A DNA stretch of 64,000 nucleotides from an uncultured Desulfospira sp. (GCA_963663165.1 OY760175.1:288001-352000), one strand, 5' to 3'. Positions 29,213 through 40,210 are shown, counted from the first letter of the stretch. Numbers and translations are program-made. Notes: generated by a model from the letters alone, not told the origin.

Positions 29213-30880
29213 CTAAACGGTTAAGGGGGGATTTGAAGGGGTACTCATATCCCGGGTTCCAATTAAAGGCCGGTTGGCAAGCCCTTCAATAAAGGCTTTG
29301 CACAATGCCTTGTCAACGGCATGTTCATATGGGGTTCCATCCCGGCCCACACCAAAAACTGATCCATCCCATAAAAAGAACGAAAGCAGTTTTTCACTGA
29401 TCCCCTCCCGGTCTGTCAGGTCCTTAAATGCCATGGACGGGTCAAATGGCAGTGCCCGGGGCAGGGGAAACCCCTTGTCAATCCGGGCTTTCACATAGTT
29501 GAGGATTCGGGCAAGCCTAAGCAGGGTCACGCTTTGAACCCTTGTGGTTTCATGCTCAATGGGAAGGGCTGTGGACCTCATAAGAGAGAAGGTCCCGGGC
29601 AGAAGATGTTTTTTTTGGCACATTTTAAAATCAGGGCTGCCAGGGGCCGGATAAAAAATGGAAAGTCCCGCCAGGGTAGGGCGTTTTGCCAGATACAACA
29701 GGTCTTTGACAGAGGATAAGGCGGTCTGGAAAGGGGCCGCGGCAATAATATAGGAGACGGTTGAAAGACCTTGTTCCCGGGCCAGGTCGAGAGCGTTGTC
29801 ATGGGCCTTTCGGACATCCGGGCGGGTAAACCGCCGCAGCTGTTCTGTTGAGGTGGACCCAAGGGACAGGTTCAGGGTTTTAAACCCGGCGTTTTTCATG
29901 GCCGTGATCATGTCACGGTCAAGGGACGGCGGAAACAGGCCGTTCATGGCCCGAAGTTCCGGGGGTTCTTTGCCGAATATTTCGGTGATGCCGTCCAGAA
30001 GGGCCATAAAATAGGGTTTATCAAGGCTCAGGTTCTCATCTTCAAAATCAATGAACCCCACCCTTACCTGACGGGCAAGGCCGCTGATCTCTTTTAAGAC
30101 GTCTTCCACCTTTCTTTGCCGGAACCGGCCGTGGGCAGACCTTGCCGAGACCGAACAATAGGAGCAGGGCATGGGGCATCCCCGGCTGGTCACAATGGTG
30201 AGGCACGCCTTTTTGCCCCGTTGGTAATAATCATGCCTGATATGGGAGATTAATGGTGAGGGCAGGGTGGACAGGTCATCTATCCAGGCCGGGGGATTTA
30301 TGTGAATTTCCTTGTCATGCCTGAAGGCAATGCCCGGGATCCCGCTTAAATCCACGCCGGAGGCAAGGGCCTTACAAAGCTGCGGGAACCCGGTTTCGCC
30401 TTCGCCCCGGATCACATAGTCCACCTGAGGGCATGACAGAACCTGTTCGGGAAAATGGGTGGGGTGATGGCCGCCCAGGACCGTGACGGCATCCGGGTAA
30501 AATTTCTTAACCACCCGGGCGGTTTCCAGGGCCTGGCCGGCATATGCCGTAAAAAGGCAGGATATGCCCACGATAAACGGTTTTTTTTGTCGGACCAGGT
30601 TGCCGATATGCTCAAAGCTGTACCCGTGGTGGCAGAATTTATGGAACAGCGAAAACAAGGACAGATCCTGGCGCCCAAAGTAGGGGGACAGATAGTCAAA
30701 CTCGGGGGGAAGGGCCATTTCCTTTGATTTGTCCGTGGCCAGGGCGTCAAAAATTTCGGTTTGAAATCCCTGTTGTTCAAGGGCGGCGGCTATACCGGCA
30801 AGGCCATAGGGAATGGTCCGTTTCCGGGTAATGTAAAAATCCTCAATCGGCGGCTGAATTAAAAGGATCTTTTGTGGCAC
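29213..30880 (-). CDS. B12-binding domain radical SAM protein
   Basis: PYGLAGIA, LGGHHPT, GEGE, TSRGCPMPCSYC (CxxxCxxC). Confidence 0.9.
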   Translation of the reverse strand: MPQKILLIQPPIEDFYITRKRTIPYGLAGIAAALEQQGFQTEIFDALATDKSKEMALPPEFDYLSPYFGRQDLSLFSLFHKFCHHGYSFEHIGNLVRQKKPFIVGISCLFTAYAGQALETARVVKKFYPDAVTVLGGHHPTHFPEQVLSCPQVDYVIRGEGETGFPQLCKALASGVDLSGIPGIAFRHDKEIHINPPAWIDDLSTLPSPLISHIRHDYYQRGKKACLTIVTSRGCPMPCSYCSVSARSAHGRFRQRKVEDVLKEISGLARQVRVGFIDFEDENLSLDKPYFMALLDGITEIFGKEPPELRAMNGLFPPSLDRDMITAMKNAGFKTLNLSLGSTSTEQLRRFTRPDVRKAHDNALDLAREQGLSTVSYIIAAAPFQTALSSVKDLLYLAKRPTLAGLSIFYPAPGSPDFKMCQKKHLLPGTFSLMRSTALPIEHETTRVQSVTLLRLARILNYVKARIDKGFPLPRALPFDPSMAFKDLTDREGISEKLLSFFLWDGSVFGVGRDGTPYEHAVDKALCKAFIEGLANRPLIGTRDMSTPSNPPLTV

Positions 30881-30923
30881 ATCCCGCTCCTTTGTTTACA
30901 TAAAAACCGTCCACAATTAGTCA

Positions 30924-31007
30924 TCACAGCCAATGGCTAAAAGCCAATGGCTAAAAGCTAATGGCTAAAAGCCAACAGCTAAAAGCTAACAGCTAACGGC
31001 TGACAGC
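30924..31007. repeat. 12 tandem heptamers (mostly YAANRGC) with alternating 14-bp higher-order period
   Basis: tcacagc caatggc taaaagc caatggc taaaagc taatggc taaaagc caacagc taaaagc taacagc taacggc tgacagc. Confidence 0.9.
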
Positions 31008-31013
31008 TATCCC

Positions 31014-32180
31014 CTACCTGGTTCGGGGAAATCTGGTGATCAGCACAAGGGGAACCAGGGGAATAAAGGCCGTATAAAACAACACCGTTTCAATGCCGTA
31101 AATATCGGAAAGCTTTCCGATTAAAGGAGAGGCCAGCCCCCCAAGGCCGTAAGCAAATCCCATCATCAGGCTTGAGATCATGGCCCGTGATTTCGGGGCC
31201 AGCTTCTGGGCCATGCCCACCCCTAAAGGCATGGGGCCAAACACAAAAAATCCGCCCAGGAAAGCACCCGGATAAACCCAGGCACCGGGCAGGTAAAGAA
31301 AGAGCAGCAGGGTCGGGGTCATGAGCAGAAATAATACAAAAAAGACCGGCTTATATCCGATACGGTCTGCCGTATATCCGGCGGTCAACCCGCTCACGGT
31401 GCCGGATGCCACAAAAAGGGCCACAATCATCCCCACGGACGTCAGTGTATATCCTTTCTGGGCCAGGTATACCGGCATAAATGTCATGAACGCCTGTCCG
31501 GCCACCGCCCTGAGCACCATGACCAGCCAGATCAAAATAATGATTTTATATACCTTTCCCAGAGAATCCTTCAGGGAGCCGATAAACCCTAAGGAGGCCA
31601 TGCCTTCGCTCACCGGTGTGGGCAGGTATCTAAGGCAGAACAGAAAACAGACCAGCCCTAAGCCCATGGTCCAGGGCATGGCATCCAGGCCGAATCTGGC
31701 CACATACCAGGTGATGAATATGGGCCCGACGGAAAAGGCAAAGGTGCCGCCGGTGTTGAATATGGACAGGGAAGTGCCGGTCCGGTTGCCCGCGTAAAGG
31801 GGGACCATGCCCGTGGTGGAAGGGTGAAACATGGATGAGCCAAGGGATCCTAAAAGCAACAGCAGCAAAAGGCTCCAGAAATTAAGGGCAAGCCCGGTAA
31901 AAGGAATGGCAAAAAAAGCCAAAAACAGTCCGGACAGCACAAAAAAACGGCCTTCATGCCGGTCGGCCAGATACCCGACCACAGGCTGGACAATAAAGGA
32001 CAAGAACCTGACAAGGCCGGTGATCAGCCCGACCTGGGCAAGGGTCAGGTCCAGCCGGTCCACAAATGCGGGCAGCAGCGGTGTAAAAAAAGATGAATAA
32101 AAATCACCGGTAAAGTGAACCAGGGTGAGAATGAAGATGATCCGGTACTGGACCTGGTTAGGGTCGGCTTTAGTGTTCAT
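31014..32180 (-). CDS. MFS transporter (Fsr-like)
   Basis: HFTGDFY, QPVVGYLADR, SMFHP; about 12 TM helices. Confidence 0.88.
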   Translation of the reverse strand: MNTKADPNQVQYRIIFILTLVHFTGDFYSSFFTPLLPAFVDRLDLTLAQVGLITGLVRFLSFIVQPVVGYLADRHEGRFFVLSGLFLAFFAIPFTGLALNFWSLLLLLLLGSLGSSMFHPSTTGMVPLYAGNRTGTSLSIFNTGGTFAFSVGPIFITWYVARFGLDAMPWTMGLGLVCFLFCLRYLPTPVSEGMASLGFIGSLKDSLGKVYKIIILIWLVMVLRAVAGQAFMTFMPVYLAQKGYTLTSVGMIVALFVASGTVSGLTAGYTADRIGYKPVFFVLFLLMTPTLLLFLYLPGAWVYPGAFLGGFFVFGPMPLGVGMAQKLAPKSRAMISSLMMGFAYGLGGLASPLIGKLSDIYGIETVLFYTAFIPLVPLVLITRFPRTR

Positions 32181-32183
32181 AAA

Positions 32184-33554
32184 TCAATTTTTCAGGCTGT
32201 GAATGGGCGCAGGAATCTGCCCGCCGTGGCGGACAAAGGCATCGGTCAGTTCAGGATGGGGAACGGCCATGACCCGGGCCTCGCCCAATAGCCCGCCAAA
32301 ATGAACCCGGTCACCGGCTTTTTTGCCGGGTACCGGGATGATCCGGGTGGCGGTGGTCTTGGCATTGATCATGCCGATGGCCATTTCATCGGCAATGATG
32401 CCGGCCAGACATTCCACACTGATGTCCCCGGGGACCGGGACCATGTCAAGGCCGACGGAACAGACACAGGTCATGGCCTCAAGCTTTTCAATGGACAAAA
32501 AGCCCTTATGGGCGGCATTGGCAATATTTAAATCTTCGCTCACCGGAATAAAGGCCCCGCTTAATCCCCCCACATGGGAGCTGGCAAAGGCCCCGCCCTT
32601 TTTAACGGCATCGTTAAGCATGGCCAGGGCCGCTGTCGAGCCGGGAACCCCGATCTGGCTTAAGCCCAAAGCCTGGAAGATTTCACCGATGCTGTCGCCC
32701 ACCGTGGGCGTCGGGGCCAGGGACAGGTCCACCACCCCGAAGTTTACCCCTAAGGTATCGGCCACTTCCCGGCCGATGAGTTCGCCCACCCGGGTGACCT
32801 TGCAGGCGGTCCGTTTGATGATTTCGGCAATTTCCCCCAGGGAGTGTTCCCGGTTCTCAAGGTTTCTTTCAATGGCCCGCTTGACCACGCCGGGTCCGGA
32901 CACCCCCACATTGATGACCGCATCGGCCACGCCCACACCCAGGTAGGCCCCGGCCATAAATGGCATGTCCTGGGGGATGTTGGAAAATACGCACAGCTTG
33001 GCACAGGCCAGGCCGTCATCTTCGGCGGTCAGTTCAGCCGCTTTTTTGATGGCCCTGGCCATTTCAAGCACGGCGTCCATATTGATACCGGCCCTTGTGG
33101 TGGCCACGTTGACCGAGGCACAGATCCGCTGGGTCTGGGCCAGGGCCTGGGGCAGGGCTTCAATCAAAGCCTTGTCCCCTTTGGCCATGCCCTTTTCCAC
33201 TAAAGCTGAAAACCCGCCGATAAAGTCAATATTAACCATTTTGGCAATGTCGTTGAGTTCAAGGGCGATCTCAATCATCTGGTCAGGGGAAAAGGCTGCC
33301 CCCACCAGGGCCACCGGGCTGATAGAGATTCGTTTGTTGACCACCTTTATCCCGTATTTTTCCCCCACGGCATCACAGACCGGCACCAGTTGGGAAGACA
33401 GGGCCAGGATTTTTTCTCTGATATTTTGTTTGAAAATCCGGATATCGTGGCTGATGCAGTCAAACAGGTTGATCCCCAAAGTGACCGCCCGCACATCCAA
33501 TTTTTCGTTTTTGACCATCTCAATGGTGGAGATGATTTCCTGATCGTTAAACAT
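32184..33554 (-). CDS. PFL-superfamily DUF711 (UPF0210) protein
   Basis: LDVRAVTLGI, NVGVSGPGVV, VGGLSGAFIPVSED, CSVGLDM. Confidence 0.9.
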   Translation of the reverse strand: MFNDQEIISTIEMVKNEKLDVRAVTLGINLFDCISHDIRIFKQNIREKILALSSQLVPVCDAVGEKYGIKVVNKRISISPVALVGAAFSPDQMIEIALELNDIAKMVNIDFIGGFSALVEKGMAKGDKALIEALPQALAQTQRICASVNVATTRAGINMDAVLEMARAIKKAAELTAEDDGLACAKLCVFSNIPQDMPFMAGAYLGVGVADAVINVGVSGPGVVKRAIERNLENREHSLGEIAEIIKRTACKVTRVGELIGREVADTLGVNFGVVDLSLAPTPTVGDSIGEIFQALGLSQIGVPGSTAALAMLNDAVKKGGAFASSHVGGLSGAFIPVSEDLNIANAAHKGFLSIEKLEAMTCVCSVGLDMVPVPGDISVECLAGIIADEMAIGMINAKTTATRIIPVPGKKAGDRVHFGGLLGEARVMAVPHPELTDAFVRHGGQIPAPIHSLKN

Positions 33555-33562
33555 GATGGGTC

Positions 33563-34117
33563 CTATATTTTATTAATGGCGTCAAAAATGTTCCGGTGCT
33601 GAATCCGGATATCCAGGTTAAGCTCCGAAGCCTTGGCTTTCAGGGCGTCAAACATGCTGGGGGCATCCACATCCGGGGTGATCAGAACCTGGTAGGACAT
33701 GACATTGCTGTTGGGGTCAATGCCCCCCTTGAATACGGCTTTTAAATTGACAATATTGGCGCCGAATCCGGCAATGATCTTTGAAAAACCGGCCACCAGG
33801 CCTTTTTGGTCCGGTCCGATGGTGGTGATTAAAAAGATGTCGCCGGTGGTATCCTCATACTTTCCGGATTCAGTGTCCAGGTCATTGACATAAACGGCCA
33901 GGCCGGAACTCCCGTTTTTTTCACGGATCCGGGCGGTCAGCTTTTCAGCATCGGTTCCGGCCGGGGGCTCCACAATAAAAAATCCGGCAAACTGGCGTTG
34001 CAGAATCATCTGGTTGACGTTTTCAAGGTTGCAGTCCAGCTCAAAGAGCAGATTGCTGATATGGGAAATTATCCCGGGCCGGTCTTTGCCAAGAACGGTG
34101 ATCATCAGTTTGTTCAT
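33563..34117 (-). CDS. tandem ACT-domain protein (GcvR/UPF0237-like)
   Basis: ITVLGKDRPGI, TTIGPDQKGLV, IQHRNIFDAI; usual partner of DUF711. Confidence 0.85.
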   Translation of the reverse strand: MNKLMITVLGKDRPGIISHISNLLFELDCNLENVNQMILQRQFAGFFIVEPPAGTDAEKLTARIREKNGSSGLAVYVNDLDTESGKYEDTTGDIFLITTIGPDQKGLVAGFSKIIAGFGANIVNLKAVFKGGIDPNSNVMSYQVLITPDVDAPSMFDALKAKASELNLDIRIQHRNIFDAINKI

Positions 34118-34144
34118 GGGGATCCTTTTTTTAAAAGGGTTTTA

Positions 34145-34172
34145 GACTGAAGGGCGTTACCCCGCCTTCAGT
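34145..34172. terminator. hairpin between rpe and ACT gene, possible terminator or processing stem
   Basis: gactgaagg...ccttcagtc inverted repeat; no clear U-tract on the - strand. Confidence 0.4.
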
Positions 34173-34179
34173 CTTCAGC

Positions 34180-34836
34180 CTAAACTCCTTCAGCCTTTCT
34201 TAAGTCCGAAATGGTCTGCCGGTAATCCGCCGTGTTGAAAATGGCGGAGCCTGCCACAAAACAGGATGCCCCGGCCCTGGCCACCCGGGAAATGGTTGCC
34301 GGGTTGACCCCGCCGTCCACCTGGATCAGGGCATTGGGATTTGTTTGCTTGAGCATTTCAGACAAAGTTTTAATTTTGGTTATACTGGATTCAATAAATT
34401 TTTGCCCCCCAAATCCGGGGTTCACGCTCATGACCAGGACAAAATCCAGATCTTCTAGGACATATTCAATGGCGGACAAGGGGGTGGCCGGGTTCAGGGC
34501 CACGCCGGCTTTAACACCAAGGCTTTTGATCAGCTGGATGCTCCGGTGAAGGTGGGGGCAGGCTTCGGCATGGACGGAAATATAGTCTGCCCCGGCCTTG
34601 GCAAATTCCGGGACCATCAGGTCCGGCCGTTCAATCATGAGATGGACGTCCAGCACAAGGCCGGACACCCGTTTGCAGGCCTCGACAATAATGGGGCCAT
34701 AGGTGATGTTGGGGACAAAGGCGCCGTCCATCACGTCAATGTGGACCCAGTCGGCACCGGCGGTTTCAATGGCGTCAAGTTCCTGTCCCAGGATAGTGAA
34801 GTCCGCCGAAAGAATAGAGGGGGCAATCAATCCCAT
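34180..34836 (-). CDS. rpe: ribulose-phosphate 3-epimerase
   Basis: IAPSILSADF, HIDVMDG, DVHLM, MSVNPGFGGQ, VDGGVN, VAGSA. Confidence 0.96.
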   Translation of the reverse strand: MGLIAPSILSADFTILGQELDAIETAGADWVHIDVMDGAFVPNITYGPIIVEACKRVSGLVLDVHLMIERPDLMVPEFAKAGADYISVHAEACPHLHRSIQLIKSLGVKAGVALNPATPLSAIEYVLEDLDFVLVMSVNPGFGGQKFIESSITKIKTLSEMLKQTNPNALIQVDGGVNPATISRVARAGASCFVAGSAIFNTADYRQTISDLRKAEGV

Positions 34837-35852
34837 TTGGTCTCTCCTGTATCTGAAAACCATCCCCGGTCCCAGGGCAGGCAATAGGTTTCGGTTACCT
34901 GGTGCCAGGGGTCAACACGGGTGGTTTTAACCAGTTGGTTATCAACAAAAATCCGTATATTAGTGTGTATTCCCTCAGGAATCAATAGGGTGATATCTTT
35001 TCCCGCTTGAATATACTCATCATAAAGGCAAAGGTCCATGCCCATCATTTCCATTTCAATTTTTACATGCTTTTTTAAAAATCCAAAGCCAAGGCTGTGG
35101 GTGACCCGGATAACGCCATGAAGGTCATCACTCTCCTGGCGGGGGGCGCTGACCTTGATATAGACGGTCTGGCCCGGAAAAACAGGATACCCGTAACCGG
35201 GATCATGGGACAGAACAAGCCCGGGTGCCGTGTGTGACACGGTTTCTATGGATAGTGCGCTTTTGATGTTCAAGTCGGCCAGAAAGCTTTGGGCCCTTTC
35301 CTTTTCCATGTTTTGAAGATCCGGCATGATTCTGGCTTCCACCCGGGGGCCTTTTCCTACCAAAAGGCTGCACGCACCCAGTTTAGAGAGGTTGGAAAAA
35401 GGGGGCGGGTCCTGGGCAATGATATGGTCCCTTGCCGTTTCCCGGGCATACACATAGCTGATGGTCCCGGGAATAAACCCTGCTTTTTCAAGGCAAAGGC
35501 GGGCCTGTTCCAGGGGCATCTGCCGCAAGTCGGGCATAAGGGCCTTTTCACTGCCCTTTGAAATATAGATGACCACATCCCGTCCCTTTTTGATCAGGGT
35601 GCCCGGGGGCGGGTCCTGGAAGGTGATGCCGTATTCGGCAATGTCCCTGTCATACCGGCTGCCCATGAGTTTTGCGTTTAAGCCGAGACGGGTCAGGGTT
35701 TCCAGAACATAGATGATGTTTTTACCGGTCAGCTCGGGCATCACCACTTCCTCGGCGCTCTGGGTATACAAGGTGATAAAGGCGTATCCCCCGATACCGG
35801 CCAGGCTGCACGCCAGAACAAAAACGGTAAGAAATTTAATGGCAGCTTTCAT
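34827..35852 (-). CDS. PASTA domain-containing membrane protein
   Basis: N-terminal TM then three repeats MP(E/D)L..QDPPPG..VVIYISKG. Confidence 0.85.
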   Translation of the reverse strand: MKAAIKFLTVFVLACSLAGIGGYAFITLYTQSAEEVVMPELTGKNIIYVLETLTRLGLNAKLMGSRYDRDIAEYGITFQDPPPGTLIKKGRDVVIYISKGSEKALMPDLRQMPLEQARLCLEKAGFIPGTISYVYARETARDHIIAQDPPPFSNLSKLGACSLLVGKGPRVEARIMPDLQNMEKERAQSFLADLNIKSALSIETVSHTAPGLVLSHDPGYGYPVFPGQTVYIKVSAPRQESDDLHGVIRVTHSLGFGFLKKHVKIEMEMMGMDLCLYDEYIQAGKDITLLIPEGIHTNIRIFVDNQLVKTTRVDPWHQVTETYCLPWDRGWFSDTGETKWD

Positions 35853-35863
35853 TGCTCAAATTT

Positions 35864-37237
35864 TTACGATGCGGGTGATCCGTCTTTGGGACTGCGGCGC
35901 AGACGGGCAGCAAAAAAGCCGTCCATTTGAAGCCTGTCCGGGTATGTTGTGAAAACCCCCTGGGGATTCAGGATACCGGGCAGTTCAACAGACAGATCAG
36001 GATTTTTGTCCAGAGTATAATCTTTTCGCTTTTTTAAAAAGGATTTAATGACATCAATGGTTTCTTCGGGCTCACAGGAGCAGACCGCATACACCACCCG
36101 GCCGCCGGGTCTGACCAGGCCGGCCGCGGCATTGAGCAGTTTCCTCTGCCGGGCGGCCATGCGCTGAAGGTCTTTAAAGGTCCGTTTCCATTTGGTGTCG
36201 GGGTTCCGCCGCAGGACCCCAAGCCCGCTGCACGGAGCATCGAGCAGGACAGCATCAAAAAAATCGTCAAAATCCTTGATACTGGTTTTGAGCAGATCCC
36301 TGCAGCAGACCGCCGTGTTGTCGATATGAAGCCGCCGGGCCTCTTCCTGAAGGGTCTCTAATTTGGCCTTTCCGATGTCCATGGCGGTGATGGTTCCCTG
36401 GTTGTCCATCAGGGATGCCATATGAAGGGTCTTTCCCCCGACACCGGCACAGGCATCAAGAATGGTTTCTCCCGGCTGGGGGGCCAGAATCCGCGACACC
36501 AACTGGGCTGCCTCATCCTGAACCTGGAAAAACCCGTCGTCAAAACCGGGCAGAAGCTCCACCCGGGAGCCCGGGCCGGACAGGTTAATGCCGTCCGGGC
36601 TGGTCGGGGTCAGTTCAACGGTGTGGCCGGCCTTTTCAAGGATCTGGAAAAGACTTACCCTTGAAGTGGCCAGGGGATTCACCCTCAGGGTCAGGGGGGG
36701 GATCTGGTTGACCGATTCACAGATGGCGCGGGTTTTTTCAAGGCCGTACAGCGCGGCCCATTTTTTGAGCAGCCAGGGAGGAAACGACAGGGCCGTTGCC
36801 ATGTGGGCGACAGAGCCCTGTTTATGGGGCAGTTCAATGGCGGTCCGGTTTCGGGCCGCATTTCTTAACACCGCATTGACAAATCCGGAGGCCTTTTTTA
36901 ATCCGATGGTTTTGGACAGCTCAATGGCCTTGTCAATGGCGGCGTAATCGGGCACCCGGTCCATGAACATTACCTGAAACAGGGCCATGCGCAGCAAATG
37001 AACCACTTTGGCGTCCAGCTTTTCAAAGGCCGTTTTCGAAAAAGATCTGATCACGTGGTCCAGATAGGCCCGGTTGCGAAGCACGCCGAACACAATGGCA
37101 TAGCACAGCCGTTTGTCCCGGTCTGAAAGTTCGTTCAGGCGGGGGGCGGCATGGTCTAAGGTCTGGTCAAGGGTGGTTTTCGGATCAGCGGAGGCGTCAA
37201 GAATGTCCAGGGCCGTATGGCGGGGATCTAAGGTCAT
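35864..37237 (-). CDS. rsmB: 16S rRNA m5C967 methyltransferase
   Basis: NusB-like N-terminus (FVNAVLR), QVQDEAAQ, DACAGVGGKT, DAPCSGLG, YAVCS. Confidence 0.94.
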   Translation of the reverse strand: MTLDPRHTALDILDASADPKTTLDQTLDHAAPRLNELSDRDKRLCYAIVFGVLRNRAYLDHVIRSFSKTAFEKLDAKVVHLLRMALFQVMFMDRVPDYAAIDKAIELSKTIGLKKASGFVNAVLRNAARNRTAIELPHKQGSVAHMATALSFPPWLLKKWAALYGLEKTRAICESVNQIPPLTLRVNPLATSRVSLFQILEKAGHTVELTPTSPDGINLSGPGSRVELLPGFDDGFFQVQDEAAQLVSRILAPQPGETILDACAGVGGKTLHMASLMDNQGTITAMDIGKAKLETLQEEARRLHIDNTAVCCRDLLKTSIKDFDDFFDAVLLDAPCSGLGVLRRNPDTKWKRTFKDLQRMAARQRKLLNAAAGLVRPGGRVVYAVCSCEPEETIDVIKSFLKKRKDYTLDKNPDLSVELPGILNPQGVFTTYPDRLQMDGFFAARLRRSPKDGSPAS

Positions 37238-38178
37238 TGCATGGAAAACCGGGCCGGCAGGTCAATGGTGTGCCCCCGTAAAAACGCATCAGCGTTCAGG
37301 CGTTTTCCCGAGGACCCCATCAGCTCCTGGATAATCACCGCTCCGCTGCCGGTCCCTGTAAAGATACCGTCATCAGTTATTTTGAAAATTTCACCGGGCC
37401 GGGCGGTCTGGTCCACGGGGCATACTTTGAAGATCTTGAGCCGCTGGCCGTTAAGAAAGGTAAATGCCCCGGGCCAGGGGGCCATGGCATTCACATGGGC
37501 CTGGATGTTAAGGGCAGGGGCTTCCCAGTTGATCAGGCCGTCGGATTTTTTGAGCATGTGGACATAAGTGGCCCTGGCATGGTCCTGGGGAACCGGTGTG
37601 ACCTTATTTTTAAGGACCTGGTCAATGGTGTCACAGATCAGGCCGGCCCCCAGGTCCGCGAGCCGGTCGTGAAGGGCCTGGGCCGTGTCTTCCGGGGTCA
37701 CCGGTGTGGTGTCGGATAACAGGATATCCCCGGCATCCATGGCCTTTGCCATGACCATGGTGGTCACTCCGGAAAGTTTATCCATGTTCAAAATGGCGGC
37801 CTGGATGGGGGCGGCCCCCCGGTATAAGGGCAGCAAAGAGGCGTGGATATTAATGGGATAAATTTTGGGGATATCCAGAATATCCTGAGACAACATCTGG
37901 CCGTAAGCCGCCACCACAAAAAAGTCAGGTTTAAGGCTGGACAGCCGGTCATAACTTTGGGGGGTATTGATCTTTTCGGGCTGAAAAATTTCAATGCCCA
38001 GATCAAGGCCGGCCGCCTTAACCGGCGAAAAAGCCAGTTTTTTGCCTCGTCCCTTGGGGCGGTCGGGCTGGGTCACCACAAGGCTGACATGAAAGTCCGG
38101 CCTTTGGGCTAAGGCCTTTAAGGCCGGGACACTGAAGTCAGGGGTCCCCATGTAGATGATGTTGGGTTTTCCGGGCAA
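37234..38178 (-). CDS. fmt: methionyl-tRNA formyltransferase
   Basis: MGTPDF, TQPDRPKGRG, NIHASLLPLYRGAAPI, MDAGDI. Confidence 0.96.
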   Translation of the reverse strand: MPGKPNIIYMGTPDFSVPALKALAQRPDFHVSLVVTQPDRPKGRGKKLAFSPVKAAGLDLGIEIFQPEKINTPQSYDRLSSLKPDFFVVAAYGQMLSQDILDIPKIYPINIHASLLPLYRGAAPIQAAILNMDKLSGVTTMVMAKAMDAGDILLSDTTPVTPEDTAQALHDRLADLGAGLICDTIDQVLKNKVTPVPQDHARATYVHMLKKSDGLINWEAPALNIQAHVNAMAPWPGAFTFLNGQRLKIFKVCPVDQTARPGEIFKITDDGIFTGTGSGAVIIQELMGSSGKRLNADAFLRGHTIDLPARFSMQ

Positions 38179-38180
38179 GT

Positions 38181-38708
38181 CTATTCCTCGGTTTTTAATT
38201 TTTTCATGACTTTTTTCCGGTACATGGCCCGTTTCAGGGAAGAAATCCGGTCAATGAACAGGATCCCGTTCAGATGGTCGATTTCATGCTGCATGATCAC
38301 GGCTTCAAGGTCAACGGCTTCAAATTCCAGTTCTTTGCCCTCTATGCTCAAGGCCCGCACCGTCACTTTTTCAGCCCGTTTCACGTCGGCCCGGTAATCG
38401 GGCACACTCAGGCAGCCTTCATTTTCCGAGATAAAACTGCCTGAAGATGCAATGATTTCAGGGTTGATCAGGGCAGTGAAGGTTTTGGCTGAATTATCGG
38501 CCTCCGGGTCGCCGGCCAGGGGGTTGTAAACAATCAGGCGCTTGTTGACCCCGACCTGGGGGGCGGCAAGTCCGACGCCGGCATCATGGTACATGGTTTC
38601 TCCCATGTTCCGGATCAATTCCTTTAGCTCTTCATCTATGGTTTCAACTTCTTCGGAAGGTCTGGAAAGCGACGTTTCCGGATAAGTTACAATGTCAAGA
38701 ACGGCCAT
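38181..38708 (-). CDS. def: peptide deformylase
   Basis: [26 protein letters not shown]. Confidence 0.97.
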   Translation of the reverse strand: MAVLDIVTYPETSLSRPSEEVETIDEELKELIRNMGETMYHDAGVGLAAPQVGVNKRLIVYNPLAGDPEADNSAKTFTALINPEIIASSGSFISENEGCLSVPDYRADVKRAEKVTVRALSIEGKELEFEAVDLEAVIMQHEIDHLNGILFIDRISSLKRAMYRKKVMKKLKTEE

Positions 38709-39639
38709 TTTTCTTCAAAATTTCCTTTGCTGTCTCAATATCCTGCCGGATCTGACCGGAAAGCTCCTGGATATTGGAGAATTTTTTTTCATCCCGTAAC
38801 CGTGCCACCATATTAACCCGGATCCTTGAGCCGTAAATATCATGGTCAAAATCAAGGATATGGACCTCAATGGTAAACATGTGGTCGCCAAAGGTCGGGG
38901 AGAACCCGATATTGGCAACCCCGGGAAAGTTTCCTTTAATGGTTTCAACCGTGACGGCGTAAACCCCGAGCTTGGGGCACAGTTCATCATGAAGTTTAAT
39001 GTTGGCAGTGGGAAAGCCTAACTGGCTGCCCCCTCTTTTTCTGCCTTTGATGACCTTGCCCCGGATCTGGTAATACCGGCCCAGGTATTTGACGGCCTGT
39101 GCCACATGCCCGTCCATGACCAGTTCCCGGATCCGGGTGCTTGAAATTCGCTCGGTCCCGCCATTGGCGTCTTTGATCCAGGTGGACATGATGGTTTCAA
39201 AGCCTAAGCTTTTGCCCATGTCCTGAAGCAGGCCCACATTTCCCGTGCGCCCCTTTCCAAAAGAATAATCCGGTCCGATAATAATGGCCTTCATACCGAT
39301 TTTTTCGACAAGCATATCCGTTACAAAATCCCGGGCCGGGATGGCGGCAAATTCTTTGGTAAAGGGGATGCAGATCAACACGTCAATGCCGGTCTGCTCG
39401 ATGAGTTCAAATTTCTGGTCATGCCGGGTAATCAGCGGTGGGCTGGCCAGTCCCAAGGCCCGGAGCGGGTGGGGCTCAAAGGTTATGGCGACCGAAGTGC
39501 CGCCGATTTCATCCGCCTTTTCAATCACCTGATGCATCAGGGCCTGATGTCCTTTGTGGACCCCGTCAAAGTTCCCTATAGTGACAACAGCCCGGTTGAA
39601 CGGGCTGCTGATCTGGTCAATATTTTCAAATAACTCCAT
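38695..39639 (-). CDS. ribF: bifunctional riboflavin kinase / FAD synthetase
   Basis: [37 protein letters not shown]. Confidence 0.96.
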   Translation of the reverse strand: MELFENIDQISSPFNRAVVTIGNFDGVHKGHQALMHQVIEKADEIGGTSVAITFEPHPLRALGLASPPLITRHDQKFELIEQTGIDVLICIPFTKEFAAIPARDFVTDMLVEKIGMKAIIIGPDYSFGKGRTGNVGLLQDMGKSLGFETIMSTWIKDANGGTERISSTRIRELVMDGHVAQAVKYLGRYYQIRGKVIKGRKRGGSQLGFPTANIKLHDELCPKLGVYAVTVETIKGNFPGVANIGFSPTFGDHMFTIEVHILDFDHDIYGSRIRVNMVARLRDEKKFSNIQELSGQIRQDIETAKEILKKNGRS

Positions 39640-39760
39640 AATTCCTGATTTTTTGGAAAACTTGCTGCGGGCGGCCTTAACCATTCCGGCTTAAGGCACG
39701 CCCGCATCATATATTCCAATTATTTTCCGGCCATCACCGGAAGGTTTACGTAAAATATAG

Positions 39761-39789
39761 TTGACAAAGCAAACAAACAAATATATATA
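39761..39789 (+). promoter_or_regulatory. sigma70-type promoter for tRNA-Leu
   Basis: TTGACA-N17-TATATA upstream of the tRNA. Confidence 0.5.
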
Positions 39790-39845
39790 GCCTAACCATC
39801 GTTTTTAAGCAATCTTTAATTGGCGCTTAAAAACGACCCTTGAGT

Positions 39846-39932
<87 letters not shown>

Positions 39933-39941
39933 CCCCTCATT

Positions 39942-39969
39942 AAGCTGCTGTGATTACAGCGGCTTTTTT
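39942..39969 (+). terminator. intrinsic terminator after tRNA
   Basis: aagctgctgt-gatt-acagcggctt followed by T-run. Confidence 0.75.
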
Positions 39970-40033
39970 GCTTTTATGGCTTGAAGATTAAATTTGATCG
40001 TCTGTTGTCCACATAAACAAATGGAGGACCAGA

Positions 40034-40210
40034 ATGATTAAAGCGTCTTCCACCAGTTACCTCACCCGGAATCCGTATTCATATTATTTCAGGATGAGGG
40101 TCCCTCTCTCACTTCAAGCTACATTGCAGAGGAAAGAATTGAAATATTCCCCATTATGTCAGATCCGTGGTCCGTGCCCATTTTCAAAAGTATTTTCAAA
40201 CTTTTTATAA
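40034..40210 (+). pseudogene. truncated tyrosine-integrase N-terminus (DUF6538-like), 58 aa, not in ORF track
   Basis: RBS ggagg at 40023; MIKASSTSYLTRNPYSYYFRMRVPLSLQATLQRKELKYS..., directly downstream of the tRNA. Confidence 0.65.

Noticed and set aside
32323..33543. Long antisense ORFs opposite conserved genes (e.g. 32323..32946, 32965..33543, 54560..55234)
   Set aside because: Shadow frames of well-supported genes on the other strand.
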